Shown: positions 40,065-50,275 of the stretch, one piece after another
How positions within the stretch are numbered: position 1 is the stretch's first letter
How the letters are laid out: each line of letters starts with the position of its first letter
NCBI GenBank assembly: GCA_026416125.1
Contig: JAOAFT010000004.1
Location: 70,448-134,447, forward strand
DNA from: Bacteroidota bacterium
Lineage (GTDB): Bacteria > Bacteroidota > Ignavibacteria > UBA10030
Reading direction: 5' to 3'
Length of the DNA: 64,000 nt
The notes under the pieces: model-generated
What the model was told of the DNA's origin: nothing
The model's database searches: none
The model's input: the letters and a program-made list of their open reading frames with translations, nothing else
Translations under genes and position numbers: made by a program

Positions 40065-40669
40065 ACTAAGTATAAGTTTTACTATTGACAATAACGTGAA
40101 AAATCTGTACTTACCCGTAAGTTAAGGGTTTGGGAGGTTTGCTCGCATATTACAAAATACTACCAAAAGGGAAAACCAAGAGGTACAAAGTTTCTTCTAA
40201 AGATAAATGATGAGCGGAAGAATAAATTTTAGTTAAGAAATTTTTGATTTCTAGAATTTTTAAGAATAACTCTATTCAAGCTTTTCAACATGGAGAGGGA
40301 AGTGAAGGAGGAAGAATTATTCACCACGCTAATTTAATCACTTAATCAATAAAGTAGAAGTAGAAGTTTGTTTATAGTAAAACTATAATAGCAAGTGCAC
40401 AGAAGATCAAGATAGATGAGTTTTCTTGGAAACTGTTTCATTTTCAAATTGATTTATGGCAAAATTTTAAGGCTGTGTTTTCCAAGAAATAGGGTGAAAT
40501 TCAGGTAATAATGAAAAAAATATTTTAATGTATTACATATTTTTTCGACTTGCGTATGTTGATAATTATTCGGTCACCACCGTACTCAAACATTTTTAGT
40601 ATAATTGCTCCAGTCTAAACTTTACTGAGCACTATAGTTGTTACAAACTATAAAAAAAGGGGGATAACG

Positions 40670-41320
40670 ATGAAAACTATAAACGTTTTTTTGATTGCGA
40701 TTCTTATTTTATCTTTTTTGTTTTTAAGCTGTAAAGGTGACAAGGGTGAGAAAGGAGATATGGGACCCGTTGGGCCAGCAGGTCCAGCAGGGCATACATT
40801 CACACCACTGTGGGAGGACTTTGAAACAGGAGACTTTTCTAAATATCCCTGGCAACATTCAGGAAGTGCATACTGGTCTGTCACGAGTGCAACGGCATTC
40901 TTTGGTACGCAGTCAGTAAGATCCGGGACAATATCGCATAATCAGAAATCTGATCTTACAATTGCAGTAAATTTGTCAAAAGCATCACTCTTATACTATT
41001 ACTACAAAACAAGTTGTGAATCAGGGTATGATGGCTTAATTTTTTATATTGACAACATACAACGAACTAGTCATTCCGGAGTTATGAGTGGATGGGGATT
41101 AACATACTTTGTATTACCACCAGGTAATCATACACTCAAGTGGTCATATGTAAAGGATGGAACAAATTCAGCAGGGTCAGACTGTGCTTGGCTTGATGGA
41201 ATTTATATTTCTGATTACACTACAGCTAAAGTGAGTGAATTAGCTAGTATTGCCGAGCAATTAAATAAATCGGTGAACTGTGTACCACTTAAACTAGGTA
41301 CCGTTGAAAAGAAGTACTAA
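40670..41320 (+). CDS. lipoprotein with a short collagen-like G-X-Y repeat and a beta-rich C-terminal domain
   Basis: Lipobox FLFLSC. Seven consecutive triplets GDK-GEK-GDM-GPV-GPA-GPA-GHT. The ~170-aa remainder is W/Y/G-rich (FETGDFSKYPWQHSG...CAWLDGIYI). Flanked by AT-rich non-coding DNA, with an RBS aaaggggga upstream. Confidence 0.65.
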   Translation: MKTINVFLIAILILSFLFLSCKGDKGEKGDMGPVGPAGPAGHTFTPLWEDFETGDFSKYPWQHSGSAYWSVTSATAFFGTQSVRSGTISHNQKSDLTIAVNLSKASLLYYYYKTSCESGYDGLIFYIDNIQRTSHSGVMSGWGLTYFVLPPGNHTLKWSYVKDGTNSAGSDCAWLDGIYISDYTTAKVSELASIAEQLNKSVNCVPLKLGTVEKKY

Positions 41321-41346
41321 TCAATATAATATAAAAAGTATAAAAC

Positions 41347-41393
41347 TGAGGAGGTTATTGTAAGGTAATGATGAGATCCAACGATAACCTCCT
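41347..41393 (+). terminator. long stem-loop (about 14 bp with one G-U, 19-nt loop) downstream of the collagen-like lipoprotein gene, with no U-tract
   Basis: GAGGAGGTTATTGT ... ACGATAACCTCCTC inverted repeat 27 nt after the stop. It could be a terminator or an RNA structural element. Confidence 0.4.
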
Positions 41394-41842
41394 CAAAGTC
41401 TAGTTGCTTACCTTTGAAGTAGTAAAACTACAAGAAAGAATCTACAGTTAAAGGTTTAGATAATAAATGTGAAGTAAAACGAGTAGGGAAATGTGACTAT
41501 AAAATCGAGAGAGATTTTCCTATCTCCAAAGATAACTTGTTTGTAAAGCACAAACTTAAAAATCAATAAGTTATTAGAGTAGAACAAATGGAAATAGCGC
41601 GGGACTGTATTGTTGTTATCGAAATTCAAACCAAGTACCAAATAACCAAATCACTCGTTTAATAAGTAGTTTTTAACGTGATATACATTCTGAGATTTGC
41701 TTGAGAAATACACTCGTATACGACCTAATACACTGTGGATAAAAAACACCCCCTCTCATTCTAACCTATCTTACATAGTGTTTTTTTTGACTTTATAAGC
41801 AAAAAAGGTTAAATTTTTGAATGCTTTACAACATAGTTTCCA

Positions 41843-42634
41843 TTGAGCAACGGAGTTACAGTGCCTGAACGGAAGGTGAGCAGTGATACGAAAGCCCAAG
41901 AAGCATTGCGTGCACGCGGTGAGATTCCTCAGCATATCGCAATTATCATGGATGGGAATGGACGGTGGGCAAAGCGTCGTGGGTTACCACGCATTGCGGG
42001 GCACAGAGAGGGCATTAATTCCGTTCGGGATGTTGTGGAAGCGTGTGGGCAACTCGGTGTTAAGTACCTGACACTCTATACGTTTTCGACGGAAAACTGG
42101 AAACGTCCTCAAGACGAAGTTTCCATGCTTATGAAGTTGCTTGTTCATTCACTCCGCAATGAACGAGACAAACTTCATAAGAACAAGGTACGGTTGAAAG
42201 TTATCGGTGATGTATCATTGCTTCCACCAACTGTTGTTCAGGAGCTTGATACTGCACTCAAGCTTACACAGAGTAATACAGGTCTGACACTTATTCTCGC
42301 TTTGAGCTACAGTGGGCGATGGGATATTCTCAATGCAATAAGGTCACTGTGCCCGAAAATCCGTTCAGGTGAAATTGATGAACGATCGCTAACGGAATCA
42401 GCGTTTTCTGACCATCTCTCAACTTCTGGAATACCTGACCCAGATTTACTCATACGTACGAGTGGAGAGATGCGCATCAGCAATTTTCTTTTGTGGCAAT
42501 TGGCATATACAGAGTTGTACATTGCAAAAGAGTTTTGGCCAGCATTTCGACGGAAACAGCTGTATGAAGCAATAGAATCGTACCAACAACGGGAACGCCG
42601 TTTTGGAATGGTGAGTGAACAAGTACGGAAATAA
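41843..42634 (+). CDS. uppS: undecaprenyl-diphosphate synthase
   Basis: HIAIIMDGNGRWA...LTLYTFSTENWKRP...IRTSGEMRISNFLLWQ. Apparent TTG start at 41843 (GTG at 41861 is an alternative). Confidence 0.9.
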   Translation: MSNGVTVPERKVSSDTKAQEALRARGEIPQHIAIIMDGNGRWAKRRGLPRIAGHREGINSVRDVVEACGQLGVKYLTLYTFSTENWKRPQDEVSMLMKLLVHSLRNERDKLHKNKVRLKVIGDVSLLPPTVVQELDTALKLTQSNTGLTLILALSYSGRWDILNAIRSLCPKIRSGEIDERSLTESAFSDHLSTSGIPDPDLLIRTSGEMRISNFLLWQLAYTELYIAKEFWPAFRRKQLYEAIESYQQRERRFGMVSEQVRK

Positions 42635-42656
42635 TCCTTGTAAATAGAATGAGTGT

Positions 42657-45032
42657 ATGAACTACAATCTTCGTTCGATACGGGTAATGTTGTGGATGGT
42701 GCTATGTTCCACAGTTCTTTTTGCTCAGCAGAAGCAGGAAGTGTATAAAATTCTCGGTATCAGTGTTGAAGGACAACGATCTGGTGAACCAGCTGCAATA
42801 ATCGCAAACACTGGTCTGAGAGTTGGTGACGAGCTTACGATTCCCGGTGAACAGACACGTACAGCAATTGAGCGTCTCTATAAACTTCGACTTTTCAGCG
42901 ATATTCAGATTTACATTGAGAATCGTATTCAAAATGGGGTGTATCTCCTCATTAAAGTGAAAGAGAATCCACGTCTTGAACGTATTGAAGTGTATGGTAA
43001 TGATGAATTCGACCAAGAAGATATTGAGAAGAAAATAAAACTTGTGAAGGGACAATTAATAACTCCCGAAGATCTCTCCTCAGTTGTCCGAATCTTGAAG
43101 GCTGAATATGCAAAAGAAGGATACCTCAACGCAGAAATCCGTCCATCGCTTGTTGTTGTAAATGATACACTCAACCGTGTTGTACTAAAGTTGGACATCG
43201 ACGAAGGAGAAGTTGTTAAAATTGACCTTATTCGGTTTCATGGAAACAAAGCATTTTCCGATAGCGATTTGAAAGGGGAAATGAAAGAAACAAATGAACG
43301 AACATGGTGGAAATTTTGGCAGTCGAATAAGTTCGATAAGAAGAAGTATGAAGAAGACAAAGAATTAATCGTAAAGTACTATCAGAAAAACGGCTATCGT
43401 GATGCACAAATTCTCCGTGATTCGATCTCGTACGATGAAAAGAAGAAGTATATGACCATCGACATTTGGGTGTACGAAGGCCCGAAGTACTACGTACGGA
43501 ACATCACGTGGGAAGGAAATACAGTCTATACGTCTGAAGTACTCTCGGAACGACTCGGGTTCAAAAAAGGAGACGTTTTTGATAAAGAGCGCTTTGAGAA
43601 GAACCTTCGTAGGAATGAAGATGAAAACGACGTCACATCGCTCTACTCTGACAATGGTTACCTATGGTTCCAAGTTGAGCCAGAAGAAATCGTCGTTGAA
43701 GGAGATAGTTTAGACATTGTGCTCCACATTCGTGAGCACAATCAGTTTCGCATTGGGCAAGTAGTCATTAAAGGGAACACGAAGACATACGAAAAGGTAA
43801 TACGTCGGGAGCTTCTCACGAAACCAGGTGATTACTTCAGTCGTCAACGAATTATAAGCAGTGTCCGACAATTAGCCCAGCTTAATTATTTTAATCCTGA
43901 GAAGATCACACCCGATGTTCGACCGGTGGATGACAAAACAGTAGACTTAGAATACTCTGTAGAGGAAAAGTCGAGTGATACGTTCAACATGTCTGTTGGA
44001 TACAGTGGTGCTTTTGGCTTCAGCGGTGGCATAGGATTGGCATTCAATAACTTTTCAATATGGGAGCCGTTCCGTGGTGGTGCAGGCCAAGTCCTCACGT
44101 TCGACTGGCAATTCGGAGTGAGCAATTACTACAGAACATTCTCAATTAGTTTTACAGAACCTTGGATGTTTGATACGCCAACATTGTTTGGAATTAGCTA
44201 TTTCAACACAGCGCAACAGTACTATGCGTATTTACGATACCAAGGTATATCCCTCCGATTTGGTCGACGTTTTAGCTGGCCTGATATGTATTTCCGTGGT
44301 GATTGGACAATTCGGTACCAAAAGAATGAATACCATCCATTGTATGGGACAACGTCATACTACGATTACTATTACCGGGAGGGTATTTCGACGCAGTTTG
44401 GTGTTGCACAGGTTATTTCGCGGAATAGTACTGATAGCCCTATTTTTCCGACACGAGGTTCGAGTCTAGCACTCTCGAGTGAAGTATACTTCGGTCCAAA
44501 GCGTGAAGATATTGCACGGTTCCATAAGCATATGTTCAGTGCGGAATGGTACGTGCCTCTCTCGAGTAGTGGTCGGATAGCACTCATGACGTCGACGATG
44601 GTTGCGATGATTTTTGGATTTGAGAAGAATGCATACGTGCCATACCAGGATTTATTCTATATGGGCGGTACAGGGCTTGGGCAAATTTCTGTTACTCCAC
44701 TCCGTGGATATGAAGATCGTTCGATTGGGCCATACGATGGAGAAGTTGGTGGGAAATCGATGATTAAGCACACAGCGGAGTTGCGCTTTGCGCTCACTCT
44801 TCATCCGATGCCGATATACACACTAGCCTTTTGCGAAGCTGGAAATGTGTGGCTTGACCATACGGTGCAGAATCCACTCGATTTGAAACGGTCTGCTGGG
44901 CTTGGTTTACGGCTCCTCATCAATCCGATCGGGCTTATTGGGTTTGACTATGGGTATGGGTTTGATTCATACAAGCGAGGGGGTTCTCGTGCTGGCTGGA
45001 TGTTTCATTTTCAATTTGGAAAATCATTTTAA
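42657..45032 (+). CDS. bamA: outer membrane protein assembly factor BamA
   Basis: Signal peptide, POTRA repeats, and a C-terminal 16-strand barrel region ending ...GWMFHFQFGKSF. Confidence 0.9.
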   Translation: MNYNLRSIRVMLWMVLCSTVLFAQQKQEVYKILGISVEGQRSGEPAAIIANTGLRVGDELTIPGEQTRTAIERLYKLRLFSDIQIYIENRIQNGVYLLIKVKENPRLERIEVYGNDEFDQEDIEKKIKLVKGQLITPEDLSSVVRILKAEYAKEGYLNAEIRPSLVVVNDTLNRVVLKLDIDEGEVVKIDLIRFHGNKAFSDSDLKGEMKETNERTWWKFWQSNKFDKKKYEEDKELIVKYYQKNGYRDAQILRDSISYDEKKKYMTIDIWVYEGPKYYVRNITWEGNTVYTSEVLSERLGFKKGDVFDKERFEKNLRRNEDENDVTSLYSDNGYLWFQVEPEEIVVEGDSLDIVLHIREHNQFRIGQVVIKGNTKTYEKVIRRELLTKPGDYFSRQRIISSVRQLAQLNYFNPEKITPDVRPVDDKTVDLEYSVEEKSSDTFNMSVGYSGAFGFSGGIGLAFNNFSIWEPFRGGAGQVLTFDWQFGVSNYYRTFSISFTEPWMFDTPTLFGISYFNTAQQYYAYLRYQGISLRFGRRFSWPDMYFRGDWTIRYQKNEYHPLYGTTSYYDYYYREGISTQFGVAQVISRNSTDSPIFPTRGSSLALSSEVYFGPKREDIARFHKHMFSAEWYVPLSSSGRIALMTSTMVAMIFGFEKNAYVPYQDLFYMGGTGLGQISVTPLRGYEDRSIGPYDGEVGGKSMIKHTAELRFALTLHPMPIYTLAFCEAGNVWLDHTVQNPLDLKRSAGLGLRLLINPIGLIGFDYGYGFDSYKRGGSRAGWMFHFQFGKSF

Positions 45033-45075
45033 GGACAAACAATTTGTATAACCATTAACAGTTAGAGAGGGTACC

Positions 45076-45624
45076 GTGAAACGAAGCGTATTACTTTTCC
45101 TATGCATTCTTTTGTTCGTTGCTGTTGGTGTACTCAATGCGCAGCAGCAGAAAATTGCTTTTGTTAATTCAGAGAAGATTCTTGCGGAACTTCCTGAAGC
45201 TCAACAGATTAAGAAAGAGCTCGAATCACGTGTTCGAGCGTACCAAGATACGCTTGAGCGCATGAGTCGGGAACTTCAAGAGCAGTACGATAGTTATCAG
45301 AAAAAGCAAGCACTCATGGATCCGAAAGCAAAGAGCGATATGGAGAAGAGCTTGCAAGAAATGCAACTGCGGATCCGCGAGTTTCAATACCAGAAGTTCG
45401 ATACACGAGAAGGTGAAATAGCCCAACTTAGAGAGCAACTCTTTGCACCTCTTCAGGAAAAAGTACTCAATGTTATTGCTCAAGTTGCCAAAGAAGATGG
45501 GTTTTCGTATGTTCTCGATAAAATGGATAATGCAACAATTGTGCTCTATGCAGATCAAAAGTTCGATTTAACGTACAAAGTGATTGACCGCTTGAAACGG
45601 GGTGGAACAAAATCAACAAAGTAA
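45076..45624 (+). CDS. skp: OmpH/Skp-family periplasmic chaperone (paralog 1)
   Basis: Signal peptide, then a Skp-like coiled-coil with KIAFVNSEKILAELPEAQ. Confidence 0.8.
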   Translation: MKRSVLLFLCILLFVAVGVLNAQQQKIAFVNSEKILAELPEAQQIKKELESRVRAYQDTLERMSRELQEQYDSYQKKQALMDPKAKSDMEKSLQEMQLRIREFQYQKFDTREGEIAQLREQLFAPLQEKVLNVIAQVAKEDGFSYVLDKMDNATIVLYADQKFDLTYKVIDRLKRGGTKSTK

Positions 45625-45645
45625 GCGGTAGAACAAAGGTGTGCT

Positions 45646-46191
45646 ATGAAAATGCGATGGACAATCATTGCAGTGTGTCTCCTGGTAGGAGTAAGTGTAC
45701 TTTCTGCCCAGCAGAAACTTGGATATTTCAATTCGGAAGCAATTATCAAACAATTACCCGAAGCACAGGAAGCACAGAAGCAACTTGATAAACTCGTCGA
45801 AGAATGGCAGTCAGAATTAACGAGAATGCAAAACGAATGGAAAAAGAAGTTCGAAGAGTATGATCGTCGTAAATTGATTATGACAGATCAACGACGTGCA
45901 GAAGCCGAAAAGGAATTGCGTGAACTCGATCAAGCAATTGTGAATTTCCGGAATCAAAAATTTGGACAGAATGGCGAACTGTTCATAAAACAAAACGATT
46001 TAATGAAACCAGTACAGGATCGCATCTTCAAAGCACTTCAAGATGTTGCGAAGGAAGAGGGGTACGACTTTGTATTCGATAAGAGTGGCGACATCCTTCT
46101 TTTGTATACAAACGAAAAATATGATCTCACGCAAAAAGTACTCGACAAGCTCTTAACCCCAACACAATCAACAACATCACCGAAAAAGTAA
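45646..46191 (+). CDS. skp: OmpH/Skp-family periplasmic chaperone (paralog 2)
   Basis: Same architecture as the upstream paralog (KLGYFNSEAIIKQLPEAQ). Confidence 0.8.
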   Translation: MKMRWTIIAVCLLVGVSVLSAQQKLGYFNSEAIIKQLPEAQEAQKQLDKLVEEWQSELTRMQNEWKKKFEEYDRRKLIMTDQRRAEAEKELRELDQAIVNFRNQKFGQNGELFIKQNDLMKPVQDRIFKALQDVAKEEGYDFVFDKSGDILLLYTNEKYDLTQKVLDKLLTPTQSTTSPKK

Positions 46192-46194
46192 CAT

Positions 46195-47283
46195 ATGACA
46201 CTCTCAGAGATAGCTTCATTGCTTGGTGGCGACATTCTTGGTGATGAGTCGTCACCATCGATTGAAATTACCACCCTCTCAAAAATCGAGGAAGCTCAAT
46301 GCGGATCTCTAACGTTCCTTGCGAACCCGAAGTACGAAAAGTACTTACTTACAACCAGTGCAACGGCTGTTCTTGTATCCCGTACATTTCCAGTTGAGGA
46401 ATATCGTACAAAGATATCGATTGTCTTTGTACGTGTGGATGATCCATATATTGCATTTCTTCGGCTTTTACCTCGTTTCATTCAAGTCCCCGATCCATTT
46501 TCACCAGAAATTCATCCGACAGCAGTTATTGAGAGGTCAGCAGTACTCGGCGATGATGTTTCAATAGGTGCCTACGCGGTTATTTGCGATGGTGCTCGAG
46601 TAGGGAATGGAACAAAAATCGGTGCAGGGTGCGTTATTGGAAAGAATGCAACAGTAGGAAATCATTGTCTTCTGTATCCGAATGTCACTGTCTATCACGG
46701 ATGTACCATTGGAAACAGGGTTATTCTCCACTCTGGAGCAGTAATCGGATCAGATGGATTTGGTCATGCTCCCCGTGCCGATGGCACGTATGAAAAGATT
46801 CCTCAGCTTGGAATTGTTGTGATTGAAGATGATGTCGAAATTGGAGCGAACACGACGATTGATCGAGCAACCCTTGGCGAAACGAAAATTTGTCGTGGAG
46901 TGAAGATTGATAACCTTGTCCAGATAGCTCATAACGTAGTAATTGGCGAGAATACTGTTATCGCGGCACAGACAGGCATTAGTGGGAGTACAAAAATAGG
47001 GAAAAATTGCAAGTTAGCAGGGCAGGTTGGCATTGCTGGCCACATTGAAATTGCAGATGGTACAATCATTATGGCACAGTCTGGTGTACCAAACTCAATT
47101 AAAGAACCCAATAAAGCATACTTTGGATACCCAGCAGATGAAGCTCGAAAAGCACAGCGAGCATACGCTGCTTTGAAAATGCTCCCCGACACAATTCGCG
47201 AACTTACTGCGTTGAAACAGAGAGTGGAAGAGTTGGAAAAGAAACTTCATGTGCAACAACAATCAGGAGAAGGAACGACGTAG
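46195..47283 (+). CDS. lpxD: UDP-3-O-(3-hydroxyacyl)glucosamine N-acyltransferase with a short C-terminal coiled-coil tail
   Basis: Left-handed beta-helix hexapeptide repeats and a catalytic His context (GSDGFGHAP). About 25 extra C-terminal residues ([21 protein letters not shown]). Confidence 0.9.
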   Translation: MTLSEIASLLGGDILGDESSPSIEITTLSKIEEAQCGSLTFLANPKYEKYLLTTSATAVLVSRTFPVEEYRTKISIVFVRVDDPYIAFLRLLPRFIQVPDPFSPEIHPTAVIERSAVLGDDVSIGAYAVICDGARVGNGTKIGAGCVIGKNATVGNHCLLYPNVTVYHGCTIGNRVILHSGAVIGSDGFGHAPRADGTYEKIPQLGIVVIEDDVEIGANTTIDRATLGETKICRGVKIDNLVQIAHNVVIGENTVIAAQTGISGSTKIGKNCKLAGQVGIAGHIEIADGTIIMAQSGVPNSIKEPNKAYFGYPADEARKAQRAYAALKMLPDTIRELTALKQRVEELEKKLHVQQQSGEGTT

Positions 47284-47284
47284 T

Positions 47285-48691
47285 ATGCTCATTCAACAGA
47301 TAACTATTAAGAAGAAAGTGTCAATGACTGGCGTTGGTTTACACACTGGTGTTCAAACAACAATGACATTTAAACCAGCACCAGAAAACTTTGGTATTCG
47401 GTTCCGACGTGTAGATTTGCCAGATTCACCAGAAATTCCAGCGCTTGTTGACTATGTTGTTGATTTGCGTCGGGGTACCACCCTTGGTATAGGTGAGGTA
47501 CGTGTTCACACAGTAGAGCATGTACTTGCAGCAATTGCTGGACTCCAAATTGATAATATCCTTATTGAACTTAATAACATTGAACCACCTGTTGGTGATG
47601 GAAGTGCAAAACCGTTTGTGGATCTTCTCCTCGAAGCTGGATTGGAGGAGCAAGAAGCACCTAAAGACTACTTAATTATTGATCAGGTTATCCACTACCA
47701 GGATCCACAGCGAGGTGTTGAAATTGTAGCACTTCCAACGGATGATTTCCGTGTTACGGTTATGATTGATTACAATAATCCTGCGCTCGGAAGTCAACAT
47801 ACAGGTCTCTTCGATCTCGAGAAAGAGTTTGTATCAGAATTCGCTTCCGCACGTACATTCTGCTTTCTACACGAAGTTGAGCAACTGCACGACGCAGGGT
47901 TGATTCGCGGTGGAAATCTCGACAATGCGATTGTCATCGTTGATCGGGAACTTACGAAAGAAGAACTCGATAAGGTTGCAAAGAAAATAGGTATCGATCA
48001 GGCAGTAATTCTCGGTGCCACCGGTGTATTGGGAGATAAGCCATTGAAGTATAGGAATGAACCAGCACGTCACAAGTTACTAGACATGATTGGCGATCTC
48101 GCGCTCATCGGTGTACCGATTAAAGCACAAGTTCTCGCTGCACGTCCGGGACATGCGGCAAACATTGAGTTTGCAAAGAAAGTACGGAAACTCTATGAAC
48201 AGAAGAAGTTAGTGAAGAAGTACCAACACGAGAAGAAGGAAGGTGTTGTCTTTGATATCAATGCAATTCAACGTATCCTTCCACACCGCCATCCATTCTT
48301 GCTCATTGATAAAATTGTCGAGTTTCAGATTGACGAACGTGTTGTTGCTGTGAAGAACGTCACGATGAATGAGTGGTTTTTCGAGGGTCATTTCCCCGGG
48401 AAACCGATAATGCCTGGTGTGCTCATTGTTGAAGCAATGGCACAGGCAGGTGGTGTTCTGCTCCTGAATGGTGTGGAAAATCCAGGTGACAAGCTGGTGT
48501 ACTTCATGGGTATTAACAACGTTAAGTTTCGGAAACCAGTTGTTCCTGGGGATCAACTTGTCTTTGAGCTCCACATGGTATCTCGGCGTTCGAAGGTCGT
48601 ACAGATGCGAGGGCAAGCGTTTGTCGATGGTGCTCTGGTAGCAGAAGGTGATTTGACAGCAGCAATTGTTGATCGTGAATCTGGTAAGTAA
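47285..48691 (+). CDS. lpxC/fabZ: bifunctional UDP-3-O-acyl-GlcNAc deacetylase / 3-hydroxyacyl-ACP dehydratase (LpxC-FabZ fusion)
   Basis: N-terminal LpxC (MLIQQITIKKKVSMTGVGLHTG...HTVEHVLAA). C-terminal FabZ hot-dog (LPHRHPFLLIDKIVEF...HFPGKPIMPGVLIVEAMAQ). The ATG at 47285 overlaps the lpxD stop. Confidence 0.9.
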   Translation: MLIQQITIKKKVSMTGVGLHTGVQTTMTFKPAPENFGIRFRRVDLPDSPEIPALVDYVVDLRRGTTLGIGEVRVHTVEHVLAAIAGLQIDNILIELNNIEPPVGDGSAKPFVDLLLEAGLEEQEAPKDYLIIDQVIHYQDPQRGVEIVALPTDDFRVTVMIDYNNPALGSQHTGLFDLEKEFVSEFASARTFCFLHEVEQLHDAGLIRGGNLDNAIVIVDRELTKEELDKVAKKIGIDQAVILGATGVLGDKPLKYRNEPARHKLLDMIGDLALIGVPIKAQVLAARPGHAANIEFAKKVRKLYEQKKLVKKYQHEKKEGVVFDINAIQRILPHRHPFLLIDKIVEFQIDERVVAVKNVTMNEWFFEGHFPGKPIMPGVLIVEAMAQAGGVLLLNGVENPGDKLVYFMGINNVKFRKPVVPGDQLVFELHMVSRRSKVVQMRGQAFVDGALVAEGDLTAAIVDRESGK

Positions 48692-48703
48692 GGAAGGAAT
48701 TCT

Positions 48704-49498
48704 ATGGCGGTTGTTATAGATCCTACAGCAAGGGTTAGTCCTAAAGCTCAATTGGGTGAAAATGTTACCATCGGTCCATATTCAATCATTGGTGAGCATG
48801 TAACAATTGGTGATGGGTGTGAAATTGGTTCACACGTTGTCATCCATTGCTATACAACAATGGGGAAAGACTGTAGGGTTGCTCCTTTTGCCTCTGTTGG
48901 TACAAAACCGCAAGATCTGAAGTACAACAACGAGCCAACAACACTCGAAATTGGTGATCGGTGTGATATTCGCGAGTATGTTACACTGAGCCGTGGTACC
49001 AGTGCTCATGGCAAAACTGTCATTGGAAATGATTGCCTCTTCATGGCAAATACACATGTAGCGCATGATTGTATTGTAGGGGATCATTGTATCTTGGCAA
49101 ACAGTGCTGCACTTGCTGGACACGTTACACTTGGGAATTGGGTTATTCTAGGAGGATTGACTCCTGTTCATCAGTTTGTTCGAATCGGTGACCACGCAAT
49201 GGTTGGGGGTGGGTACCGTGTTCCAAAAGATATACCGCCGTATGTGCGGGCTGGACGTGAGCCAATGTCGTACGAGGGATTGAACATTGTTGGATTGAAA
49301 CGTCGTGGTTTTACGAATGAAACAATTGCTCTTATCGATAAGACCTATACTATTCTCTATCTTTCGAACTTGAACGTTTCGCAGGCAGTTCAACGCATCA
49401 AACAAGAGGTTCCTCTCATTCCAGAAGTCCAGAACATCCTCGATTTTATAGCAAAGAGTCAACGTGGCATTATGCCTGGTCCACGACTTGGGCGGTAA
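48704..49498 (+). CDS. lpxA: acyl-ACP--UDP-N-acetylglucosamine O-acyltransferase
   Basis: Hexapeptide-repeat beta-helix with the LpxA C-terminal helical domain. Confidence 0.9.
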   Translation: MAVVIDPTARVSPKAQLGENVTIGPYSIIGEHVTIGDGCEIGSHVVIHCYTTMGKDCRVAPFASVGTKPQDLKYNNEPTTLEIGDRCDIREYVTLSRGTSAHGKTVIGNDCLFMANTHVAHDCIVGDHCILANSAALAGHVTLGNWVILGGLTPVHQFVRIGDHAMVGGGYRVPKDIPPYVRAGREPMSYEGLNIVGLKRRGFTNETIALIDKTYTILYLSNLNVSQAVQRIKQEVPLIPEVQNILDFIAKSQRGIMPGPRLGR

Positions 49499-49501
49499 TG
49501 A

Positions 49502-50275
49502 ATGGCAACTCTGTGGTACCTTGAAGACACAGGTTCACAACCTGGGAGGATTAATATGGAGCGCGACGAATCGCTTGCGCGATTGTTGTGCGAAGGGAGA
49601 GGTCTACCAACACTCCGTCTTTACTCATGGAAACCGTGGGCAATTTCGCTTGGGTGGCACCAGCCTTGGGAGACTATCGATTACGAAAAAGCCATTCGCG
49701 ATGGGATTGATGTTGTACGACGTCCAACCGGGGGACGTGCATTACTTCACGCCGAAGAACTGACGTACTGTGTTGTGTTTGAGAACAATGGTAAGAGTAT
49801 ACTTGAAACGTATGCATTAATTAGCCGTGCATTGCTTACAGCAATGAGGCTTCTTGGCATTTATGCTCAGTATGAAAAACAGTCACCACACTTTCCATCT
49901 CTCTACCGTTCAGTGGTTGGAGGGGCCTGTTTCTCGAGTGCTGGGAGGTACGAAATTACAGTCGATGGGAAAAAGCTCATTGGGAGTGCACAACGGAGGT
50001 ACTGTACCAGCGATGGTCGCGAAGTTATACTTCAACATGGCTCAATTCTCATAGGTTCTGCACACAAAAATCTCCTTGAATACCTTGTGTGTTCCAACGA
50101 AGAGCGCAACCACATCCAACGTGTTTTTGAAGAAAGAACAACAGATCTTCAAACGATTCTCCAACGACCGATACTCATTAATGAAGTTCGGAATGCAGTA
50201 CAACAAGGTTTTGAAAAGTGTTGGGGTCTTCGTTTTATTACTGAACTCGAATCCATTGAAGGAAATGTACTATGA
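49502..50275 (+). CDS. lipoate--protein ligase family protein (BPL/LplA/LipB catalytic domain, short form)
   Basis: RRPTGGRALLHAEELTYCVVF matches the LplA-type RRxxGG motif. A conserved Lys context lies near the C-terminus (GKKLIGSAQRR). Confidence 0.7.
   Translation: MATLWYLEDTGSQPGRINMERDESLARLLCEGRGLPTLRLYSWKPWAISLGWHQPWETIDYEKAIRDGIDVVRRPTGGRALLHAEELTYCVVFENNGKSILETYALISRALLTAMRLLGIYAQYEKQSPHFPSLYRSVVGGACFSSAGRYEITVDGKKLIGSAQRRYCTSDGREVILQHGSILIGSAHKNLLEYLVCSNEERNHIQRVFEERTTDLQTILQRPILINEVRNAVQQGFEKCWGLRFITELESIEGNVL

Noticed and set aside
40670-41320. Collagen-like gene as a phage tail-fibre fragment or prophage remnant
   Set aside because: There are only 7 triplets and no flanking phage genes (integrase, capsid, tail). 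The lipobox indicates a host-type lipoprotein. It is kept as a finding about island-like context, not as a prophage.
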